Under the pieces are notes generated by a model. It was not told the DNA's origin and ran no database searches. It saw only the letters and a program-made list of their open reading frames with translations. A stretch of 64,000 bases of DNA, from positions 2,375 to 66,374 of the forward strand of contig JAZLMH010000006.1 of NCBI GenBank assembly GCA_045598525.1, read 5' to 3'. A program made the position numbers and the translations under genes. Of the stretch, positions 1 to 6,969 are shown piece by piece; the first letter of the stretch is position 1; each line of letters opens with the position of its first letter. The DNA is from Bacilli bacterium. Its GTDB lineage: Bacteria; Bacillota_I; Bacilli_A; RFN20; CAG-826.

Positions 1-438
1 TTCTTAGAAAGAGATCCTGATAGCACTTTATGGTTTTGGATTACTGAGAAAGTAACAAGATCATCATTTAATGGATGCACTTTTATCCCTGGGCTTATGG
101 GTGGGCTTTATTACTTGGATCCTCGTTATGAGATGATTGGTAATGATGTTCCTGAAGTCCACGTTACGTATATAGCTGGTAGCTATCCTGATTATTCAGA
201 CGGTGGTCTATATGTCACGAGAATCGAGATTACTGACCCTAGTGTTACCGTCTATGGCCTAAACATCCATTCTTCACAAGAAGAGATTGACGCAAAATTT
301 GCTTCTCTTGGTTTTTCTAAAACAAGCGAGTTTTTAGGGAAGCTCTATTGGAAAAAGAACAATTGCAGTTTTATGTTTTTCAAAAACGAAATCCGTATAG
401 ATGCCCACGTTTCAAATAGAGAAGGCGCAGTTTTCTAA
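1..438 (+). CDS. hypothetical protein, 5'-truncated at window edge
   Basis: Frame 1 is open from nt 1 into tracked ORF 97..438 (FLERDPDSTLWFW...). No recognisable motif. Confidence 0.45.
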   Translation, partial: FLERDPDSTLWFWITEKVTRSSFNGCTFIPGLMGGLYYLDPRYEMIGNDVPEVHVTYIAGSYPDYSDGGLYVTRIEITDPSVTVYGLNIHSSQEEIDAKFASLGFSKTSEFLGKLYWKKNNCSFMFFKNEIRIDAHVSNREGAVF

Positions 439-518
439 TAATATTTAATAAGAGAGCGTTTGCCCTCTGGCACATTGCTTTGGCTATAGTCTTATGTTAT
501 TCTTTAGTTGTAGGGTTT

Positions 519-550
519 GAAGTAGGTGCACGCCTACTTCTTTTTGTTTT
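519..550. terminator. intrinsic terminator hairpin of the truncated unit
   Basis: GAAGTAGG-tgcacg-CCTACTTC followed by TTTTTGTTTT. Only a peptide C-terminal remnant (..WTILRFAENKKK*) reads into it on the minus strand. Confidence 0.6.
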
Positions 551-664
551 CAGCAAACCTAAGAATCGTCCAATAGAGAGTGCCTGCCACCACTATAAGA
601 TGGCAGGCTGCCCTCCGGCGCCTTGCTTTGGCCATGGCCTTATGCTATGATGTTTTTGTTGGGT

Positions 665-696
665 GAAGTAGGTGCACGCCTACTTCTTTTTGTTTT
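665..696. terminator. bidirectional intrinsic terminator shared by the small ORF (-) and a plus-strand promoter-like element
   Basis: GAAGTAGG-tgcacg-CCTACTTC plus TTTTTGTTTT. The small ORF's stop codon TAG lies inside the stem. Confidence 0.6.
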
Positions 697-754
697 CCCT
701 AACGCTAAGAATCATTAATAAAATCATCGTAAGAACGATAATGATTTCTTCCAT
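680..754 (-). CDS. 24-aa hydrophobic Lys-tailed peptide (type I toxin-like), B-type
   Basis: My translation: MEEIIIVLTMILLMILSVRENKKK*. Below the ORF-track cutoff. Conserved with copies at 62814..62888 and 63426..63500. Confidence 0.5.
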   Translation of the reverse strand: MEEIIIVLTMILLMILSVRENKKK

Positions 755-806
755 AAAACTCTTTCGCCGGAAGCAAGGCCGGAAGGGAAGAAAGAACCTT
801 GTTCAT
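705..806 (-). CDS. 33-codon ORF overlapping the peptide ORF out of frame (mok-like leader candidate)
   Basis: GGAGGGGAacttATG gives MNKVLSSLPALLPAKEFYGRNHYRSYDDFINDS*. Length and strong SD are conserved in all 5 full units. Confidence 0.3.
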   Translation of the reverse strand: MNKVLSSLPALLPAKEFYGRNHYRSYDDFINDS

Positions 807-881
807 AAGTTCCCCTCCATTTACTTATAGAGGGGAAAACGAAAAAATGATAAAAGTTTTACAATTTTTATAAAAAGTCGA

Positions 882-1550
882 TTATGCGTTAGGTTTATCT
901 ATAAGCTTTTCAGCACCTTTGATTAATCCTCTAAGAATTAAAGCACCTAAAGAATTGCCGATTGTGACCACAAGAATATTTAAAGCAAGATTTAAATTCC
1001 ATGCATTGGCTGCGCTGAAATAGAACATATTAGCGATGCAGTGTTCTGCGCCAATCAAAACGAAAGCGGCTGTTGGAAGAAGGATGCCTATTGCTCCAAG
1101 GACTCCGCCTTTTCTTTTATAGATATCCACCGCTATAAAGACAAACATACCGCAGATTATTGCAAGCAAGAATGACGTTAATAAAGGTGTTTCTGCTTTT
1201 GTGGATGAATAATTATACGCAAGAGCGCCGATGCTTCCGTTTCTAAATGTTGGGATGGCGTAACAGATGTAGCCAATAAGCTCTGCACCAATGAAGTTAC
1301 CGATATAGCCCGCAAGAAGATCTAAAAGGTATTTTGGTTTCTCGTCTATTGCGTATCCGATTTTCCCTGTATATAGGAAGAAACCGATAACACAGACCGT
1401 GATAAGACCTGTAGGGAAGATAAACGCCCCTAAGATTGGGCCTAATGTTGTATCTGGTAAAGATTTAGCAGCAAGGCTAGCAAGTCCGCCTAAAGCGATT
1501 GCAATGCCCGCTAAGATGCCTAAAAGTAAAGTTCTAATGAATCTTTTCAT
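882..1550 (-). CDS. formate/nitrite transporter (FNT) family protein
   Basis: Polytopic membrane protein with an FNT-like GAEHCIANMFYF motif. Confidence 0.7.
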   Translation of the reverse strand: MKRFIRTLLLGILAGIAIALGGLASLAAKSLPDTTLGPILGAFIFPTGLITVCVIGFFLYTGKIGYAIDEKPKYLLDLLAGYIGNFIGAELIGYICYAIPTFRNGSIGALAYNYSSTKAETPLLTSFLLAIICGMFVFIAVDIYKRKGGVLGAIGILLPTAAFVLIGAEHCIANMFYFSAANAWNLNLALNILVVTIGNSLGALILRGLIKGAEKLIDKPNA

Positions 1551-1646
1551 GGATATAGGATAGCAAATATGGCTTTTTAAATAAAGACAATGTCTTTATG
1601 TGAAACATTTCTTTATTGATTGTTTCACAATAATTATAATAACTGT

Positions 1647-2576
1647 ATGTTCAATCTAATCTATTTGTTTAAAGAGCGCGCTTTGATTAGCAAGGAACTT
1701 GATAGCCTTGTTTTTGGAAGTGTAGAGATTAGAGATATAAAGGGTAACAAAAAGATTTATATCCATAAAAGAGAGGGTAAATCTACCGTATCTAAGTATC
1801 TTGGGGAATATTCTAAAGGATTAGAAGATTTGATTAAGACCAATAACCTTAAAGCCAAAGATTTGAAGAAAAGACTTCATCTTATTAATGATGATTTAAA
1901 ATCCATTGGATTATATAAAAGAGATATCGATAAAGATGATGTCAGGTTATCGATCACGCTGGCTAGAAGATATCTTGTCGATTCCATTTACAAACAAGCG
2001 ATTCTTGAAGGTGTTTCCACCACGTATTCAATGACAGAGAATATTCTTTCCGGCGGGATTATTGGGGATATGAGCGTCAATGATGTTAGGAAAATCACAA
2101 ACCTTAAAGACGCTTGGAATTTTATTCTTGATGAAGATGTTTTAAGCTGCCCTACTAATTTCGCAATCCTTTCTGAAATCAATAAATATGCCGAAGCGTC
2201 TTTCTCATATTTTGCTGGGCTTTTAAGATTCTCGGATGTTAAGGTTTCCGGATGCAATTATTTGCCTCCGCTTCCTAATTTAAACGATGTGAGAAGCACG
2301 ATAGATTCTATAGTTTTGCAAAATAAAAATGATGTAGATATCGCAATCGACCTGACTTTATTTGTAATGAAGCTCCAAGGCTTCTATGATGGAAACAAAA
2401 GAACCGCTGTCATATTTGCAAACCATTATCTTATTTCGCATGGGAAAGGGTTACTGGCGATACCTGCAGAGCTTGCAGAAGATTATAAAAAATTGCTTGT
2501 CGAGTATTATGAAACGGATGATAAAGAAGCGATACAAAGCTTCTTAAAGAATCGCTGTTATATTGAAGCTAAATAG
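1647..2576 (+). CDS. Fic/DOC-family protein with a degenerate core motif
   Basis: C-terminal ..QGFYDGNKRTAVIFANHYL.. resembles HxFx(D/E)GN(G/K)R but lacks the His. The tracked ORF starts at TTG 1620; ATG 1647 is more plausible. Confidence 0.6.
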   Translation: MFNLIYLFKERALISKELDSLVFGSVEIRDIKGNKKIYIHKREGKSTVSKYLGEYSKGLEDLIKTNNLKAKDLKKRLHLINDDLKSIGLYKRDIDKDDVRLSITLARRYLVDSIYKQAILEGVSTTYSMTENILSGGIIGDMSVNDVRKITNLKDAWNFILDEDVLSCPTNFAILSEINKYAEASFSYFAGLLRFSDVKVSGCNYLPPLPNLNDVRSTIDSIVLQNKNDVDIAIDLTLFVMKLQGFYDGNKRTAVIFANHYLISHGKGLLAIPAELAEDYKKLLVEYYETDDKEAIQSFLKNRCYIEAK

Positions 2577-2637
2577 GCTTTTGTCCGTATTCGTCCTCTA
2601 AATATTTTATGAAAAGGGGGCAAAACGACAAATGTAA

Positions 2638-3516
2638 CTAGATAGTTTTCTTATCTTTTTCTAATTGGGCTTTGAGATCGTCTAATGAGTCGAACTTCTT
2701 TTCGTCGCGGAGATATTCGATGAACGAGACGTAGATCGATTCGCCATAAAGGTCTTCGTTTATGTCTTTGATATATGATTCAACTATCTGATGTTTTAAT
2801 AGCCCTACTGTTGGGTTTTTTCCAACGTTTGTTATTGCGTAGTGAGGCAATCCTCTAACGTATACAAGCGTCTTATAGACTCCGTTTTTTGGAAGGAGAT
2901 AATTGTCTTTGAGTTCTAGGTTTGCGGTTGGGAATCCTATGGTTCTGCCATTACCATAACCCTTGATTACTTTGCCTTTTATTTCATAGTGATAACCTAA
3001 AAGGTTATTAGCGGTTTCTATATCGCCGTTTTTAAGGCATTCTTTGATTTTGTATGTTCCGACTTTTGCGTCGTCTATTTTTAGAAGCTGAACAGTTTTC
3101 AATGAAAAGTGTTCACTTAGATGATTGATGTTGCCTTCTTTGTTTCTACCAAAGGTATAATCTTCTCCAACAACGATTTTTGAAGGGTTGATTTTCTTTA
3201 AGAATTCAATGAATTCATCTTTTGAGTGATTATAGAATTCGATGTTGTTTTCGATTACGTAGAAGGTGTCAACGCCTAAGCTTCTGAATCTTCTGATTTT
3301 GTCGTCAAGAGTAGTTAATAAATGGTGTTTTTCTTCTGATTTAAAGACGTCTAATGGATGGTTTTTAAAAAGAAGGACAGCGACGTTATCACTCATATCT
3401 AAAGCGGTTCTAACTAATTCTACATGTCCTTTATGGACTCCATCGAAGTTACCTAAAAGCAAGACTCCATCGAATGTTTCTTTTATGTTATCAAATGTGA
3501 CTTCAATGATTTTCAT
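2638..3516 (-). CDS. ribF: bifunctional riboflavin kinase / FMN adenylyltransferase
   Basis: GNFDGVHKGH nucleotidyltransferase motif and a C-terminal riboflavin kinase region (GFPTANL, DLYG). Lies downstream of truB. Confidence 0.9.
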   Translation of the reverse strand: MKIIEVTFDNIKETFDGVLLLGNFDGVHKGHVELVRTALDMSDNVAVLLFKNHPLDVFKSEEKHHLLTTLDDKIRRFRSLGVDTFYVIENNIEFYNHSKDEFIEFLKKINPSKIVVGEDYTFGRNKEGNINHLSEHFSLKTVQLLKIDDAKVGTYKIKECLKNGDIETANNLLGYHYEIKGKVIKGYGNGRTIGFPTANLELKDNYLLPKNGVYKTLVYVRGLPHYAITNVGKNPTVGLLKHQIVESYIKDINEDLYGESIYVSFIEYLRDEKKFDSLDDLKAQLEKDKKTI

Positions 3517-4355
3517 TAGAAGAGCCCTCTTTCAGATATGAATATATCTTCTTCTTTTCTAACATAAACTGCGACGAGGTTATTATCTTTTGTTAGAAGC
3601 ACTTTATCATGACTTGTTTTTAAAAATAATCTTTGGCCGTTTTTCGCTCTAGTTTCCCCTGCTTCGTTCAATTCGATTCTAGGGAGATTGATAAGATCGA
3701 TGCCGCTTATGATGTCTTCGTCTAAGATGTCATCAATATGTTTTGCTTCGCTTACTTTGATGTTTCCGATTTCGGTTCTTCTAAGTTCTTCTAGATGGCC
3801 TACTGTTCCTAGTTTTCTTGCGATGTCTTCGCCTAAGGTTCTAATATATGTGCCTTTAGATACTTTGGCGGTGAATTTGATGATGTTATTTTCTATTTCT
3901 CCAGATAGAGAATAGATTTCTATGTCGCGAGGTTTGAGTTCCATTTCTTTGCCACTTCTTGCGGCTTTGTACATTGGAACTCCATTTACCTTGATTGCGC
4001 TATAAATAGGTGGGATTTGCGATGATTTGCCAATGAATGAGGCAAATACAGCGTCTAATTGTTCTTTTGTGATGTTTGGTATTTCTTTAGTTTCTATGAC
4101 TTCGCCTTCAGGATCTCCTGTGGATGTTTTGCTGCCAAGAAGCAAAGTTGCCTCATATGTCTTATCTCCATCTTCGATATATTGGAGAAGTTTTGTTCCT
4201 TTATTGATGGCCACTACTAATAGGCCTGTAGCAAAAGGATCAAGAGTGCCTAAATGACCTACTGAATGAGTGGAAAATCTTTTTCCTAGAAGGTTATCAA
4301 CCTTTCTTGAGGTGATGCCTTTTTCTTTGTCTATTAAGAAGATTCCGTTAACCAT
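3516..4355 (-). CDS. truB: tRNA pseudouridine(55) synthase
   Basis: GHLGTLDPFATGLL catalytic-Asp motif. Its stop overlaps the ribF start. Confidence 0.92.
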   Translation of the reverse strand: MVNGIFLIDKEKGITSRKVDNLLGKRFSTHSVGHLGTLDPFATGLLVVAINKGTKLLQYIEDGDKTYEATLLLGSKTSTGDPEGEVIETKEIPNITKEQLDAVFASFIGKSSQIPPIYSAIKVNGVPMYKAARSGKEMELKPRDIEIYSLSGEIENNIIKFTAKVSKGTYIRTLGEDIARKLGTVGHLEELRRTEIGNIKVSEAKHIDDILDEDIISGIDLINLPRIELNEAGETRAKNGQRLFLKTSHDKVLLTKDNNLVAVYVRKEEDIFISERGLF

Positions 4356-4368
4356 TAAAGTAATTGTA

Positions 4369-4557
4369 TTACTTTTCTTCTATTACTGACAATTCTTCGT
4401 AATCGTCAAAGTAGCCGATTCTGCTTAAATACTCATGGCCTCCACTTATGGAGACGGCTCCACAGCTACAGGTTTTCTTGTCGTTTATATTTGTAGATTC
4501 AATGATGCCGCCGCATTTTCTGCATCTGATACAATTTCTTACGATTACATTTTCCAC
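4369..4557 (-). CDS. small zinc-ribbon protein
   Basis: CxxC..CxC (CIRCRKCG...CSCG). GTG start with a GGAGG-like SD. First gene of the truB-ribF transcription unit. Confidence 0.5.
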   Translation of the reverse strand: MENVIVRNCIRCRKCGGIIESTNINDKKTCSCGAVSISGGHEYLSRIGYFDDYEELSVIEEK

Positions 4558-4739
4558 TTATTGCCTCCATAAATGTTATTTCTTTTTTTCTAAGATTATT
4601 ATGAACCTGTTTAGAGAAGCCGCTTACGGCAATTTCAAAAATTATTATTTATATTTATATAAATAAAAGTCTTTACAACTTTATAATTGCGCTTTTAATA
4701 GAAAAACTTTCTTTCCCGAGGGTTTGCTTGTTAATTTTG

Positions 4740-5160
4740 GTTGGCCTAGCGATTTTGTATCTGAACCGCTTGTGCAAAAAATAATTTGGTAAACACCCAC
4801 CATTTCCTAGTGGTTTATCGTATAATATGCATAGCTAGTTTGAAACAAATCACCCGGGATATGCGGAACGAAGTTCTCGACGACCGACAGCGACAAGTAG
4901 GGATCAATCTCAAATTAGCGTGGCGCGATGGATGTGTTAGGTCGCGCCAATGTGGACAGTATCGCCCAAGCCAAAAGAGGATGCCTTCAGGAACGTTCCG
5001 TAAATCCGGGACCTGAATTAATCGATGGTGACGCTCCGCACGAGATGTAAATCTTGAGCATGTGGCCATCCCAAAGAGGATGAAACACCAGCAACTATGG
5101 TTCATAGAGATATGAGCAGTTGGCTGCAAAAGGTGTTTTCGTTGTGGGATGGTTTTTCTT
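4740..5160. ncRNA. GC-rich structured non-coding region, family not recognised
   Basis: No credible ORF. Long-range helix 4853-4870 / 4994-5010 (CGGAACG/CGTTCCG plus CCCGG..AT/AT..CCGGG). Inner hairpin GGCGCGA(4922-28)/TCGCGCC(4942-48). Duplicated CAAAGAGGATG motif. Confidence 0.4.
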
Positions 5161-5203
5161 TCCTTTCGTGAACGCCTAATTAGTTCAAAGAAAGGAGAAA
5201 AAC

Positions 5204-6139
5204 ATGCAAAATTTTGAATTAATTAAATTCGTAAACGGGGAGATCGAATTGGAGGTTAACGTCTCTCCAGAAGAAGAAACCGTTTGGCTGACAATTGAAC
5301 AAATGGCTATGCTATTTGATCGCAACAGAACCGTCATTTACAGACATATTCAAAATGTCTTCTCAGAAGGTGAACTTGACGGAAACTCAACATGTGCAAA
5401 ATTTGCACAAGTTCAATTTGAAGGAGAAAGAAGGGTTGAAAGAACCTATGACTACTTCAATTTAGACGTCATTATTTCCGTAGGATATCGTGTCAAATCC
5501 AAAAACGGCATCATCTTTAGAAGATGGGCTAGCGAAATACTCAAAGACTACATGCTAAAAGGCTATGTAGCAAACGAGAGGAAACTCGTAGCCCTGAACA
5601 AGACAATTGAACTCCAATCAAGAATCATCGCAACGGCTTACGACATTGAATCCGCAGACGTGCTTAAGGTAGTCGATTCATATGTCGAAGCGCTCACGCT
5701 TCTAGACAACTATGACCATCAATGCATACCATCCATCAAAAAAGACGAGAGCTATGTCCCATTGACATATAAAGATGTCAGAACAATCGTCGAAAGCATG
5801 GAATACTATGGCAAAAGCGATGTCTTCGGAGTGGAAAAAGAAAAGGGAAAAGTCGATGGAATCCTCGGAGCAGTTTATCAAAATGTCTTTGGTCAGGAGG
5901 TTTATCCATCGATTAAGGAAAAGGCTGCGCATCTGCTCTATTTCATGGTCAAAGATCATCCTTTCGCTGACGGATGCAAAAGGATTGCAGCCGCTTCATT
6001 TTTAACCTTTTTGGCAAAAAACAGAGCATTGAATCCAAAACTATCTTCGCCAGTTCTAGTTGCCGTTACATTACTTACGGCGGAATCCAACCCAAAAGAT
6101 TTCAAATCAATCATAAAAGTAATTGCGAACATCATTTAG
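5204..6139 (+). CDS. RhuM-family protein with C-terminal Fic/DOC domain
   Basis: RhuM-like N-terminal half (..FNLDVIISVGYRVKS..GIIFRRWA..). C-terminal HPFADGCKR motif (Asn replaced by Cys). Confidence 0.75.
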   Translation: MQNFELIKFVNGEIELEVNVSPEEETVWLTIEQMAMLFDRNRTVIYRHIQNVFSEGELDGNSTCAKFAQVQFEGERRVERTYDYFNLDVIISVGYRVKSKNGIIFRRWASEILKDYMLKGYVANERKLVALNKTIELQSRIIATAYDIESADVLKVVDSYVEALTLLDNYDHQCIPSIKKDESYVPLTYKDVRTIVESMEYYGKSDVFGVEKEKGKVDGILGAVYQNVFGQEVYPSIKEKAAHLLYFMVKDHPFADGCKRIAAASFLTFLAKNRALNPKLSSPVLVAVTLLTAESNPKDFKSIIKVIANII

Positions 6140-6254
6140 AAGCGTAAATAAAACCCCCCGGTTTCCCGAGGATTCATATGATATTTTGGTGGGCTTATAA
6201 GGATTAGAGCCTATGAAATAAAGCTCACCAATTAAGGCAAACATTTAACTTTAA

Positions 6255-6527
6255 CTAAAATAAGTCTGAATGCGTACCTGTTCGAAATAGCAAAAGAAGC
6301 ACATCTTCCTCTTCGATTTTGTAGATTAATAGCCAGTCAGGCTGAATATGACACTCACGGAATCCTTTACAATCACCGCTCAGATTATGGTCTTTATTTT
6401 TTGTTGGTAGTTCTTCCTGGTTTACGAGTTTATCAACTACTTCTGTTAGAAGATCTAATTCAAGTCCTCGCTTTTGCGCTAGCTTCAAATCTTTTTTAAA
6501 TTGGTTTGATAATACTATTTTAAGCAT
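6255..6527 (-). CDS. yafQ: type II toxin, YafQ/RelE family
   Basis: 90 aa, ..KKDLKLAQKRG..LSGDCKGFRECHIQPDWLLIY.. Overlaps the stop of the upstream antitoxin gene. Confidence 0.85.
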   Translation of the reverse strand: MLKIVLSNQFKKDLKLAQKRGLELDLLTEVVDKLVNQEELPTKNKDHNLSGDCKGFRECHIQPDWLLIYKIEEEDVLLLLFRTGTHSDLF

Positions 6528-6802
6528 TATTTAAGGACCTCTTTTAGAGCGTCTCCGAATGAATCATACCTTTTGTATTTTTCGGTATTGTTTTTCATTT
6601 CTTCATATTCAGCAAGAGCAAGTCTAGTTGTATTGTTTGGCACTTCTTTTCTAATTTCAAAAGGGATCCTTTGCTCTCTGACAGCTTGAGTCAGAAAAAC
6701 CGTTACAGCAGTAGTAAGATCCATACCAAAATCTGCAAATAGGACTTGGGCATTCTTTTTAAGCTCGGCATCTAGGTTGATGTTTGTGCTAACTTTAGGC
6801 AT
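6527..6802 (-). CDS. dinJ: type II antitoxin, RelB/DinJ family
   Basis: 91 aa, N-terminal RHH-like INLDAELKKNAQVLFADFGMDLTTAV..IPFE. Confidence 0.85.
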   Translation of the reverse strand: MPKVSTNINLDAELKKNAQVLFADFGMDLTTAVTVFLTQAVREQRIPFEIRKEVPNNTTRLALAEYEEMKNNTEKYKRYDSFGDALKEVLK

Positions 6803-6920
6803 AAAGCACCTCCTTAAGAATTCGTTTACATTATACCAGTTATATGTTTGTTATCAATATATTAGGCATATGTTATGCATATTAACACTGTTTTATTTGT
6901 ATTTTCAAAAATATAGCCCA

Positions 6921-6950
6921 AAAGAAAAAGAGCAACCGTTTGATTGCTCT
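6921..6950 (-). terminator. intrinsic terminator after the 783-aa lipoprotein gene
   Basis: AGAGCAA/TTGCTCT stem with a U-run on the minus strand. Confidence 0.6.
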
Positions 6951-6969
6951 TGTTTCATGCTAATAGCAA

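Larger units (their letters stand above)
451..880. repeat. 1.4 copies of the ~300-bp small-peptide module (truncated unit 451-574, full unit 575-880)
   Basis: Same ordered elements as the 62396-63625 array: AGAGAG junction, hairpin, TTGCTT-N17-TATnnT boxes, GAAGTAGG/CCTACTTC terminator, small ORF, CCCCTC/GAGGGG hairpin. Confidence 0.85.

Noticed and set aside
4786-5129. Tracked ORFs 4786..5016 (+) and 4815..5129 (-).
   Set aside because: They overlap each other in a GC-rich region and are Arg/Cys-rich with no SD. The region is better explained as structured non-coding sequence.
4740-5160. Possible tmRNA, RNase P, SRP or 6S RNA, or a common riboswitch.
   Set aside because: I looked on both strands for GGATTCGAC and a terminal CCACCA (tmRNA), GGAAAGTCC and ACAGAA..GGCTTA (RNase P), and GGTCCGGAAGGAAGCAGC (SRP). 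None is present. AAATCCGGG pairs upstream, not in a P4-like way.
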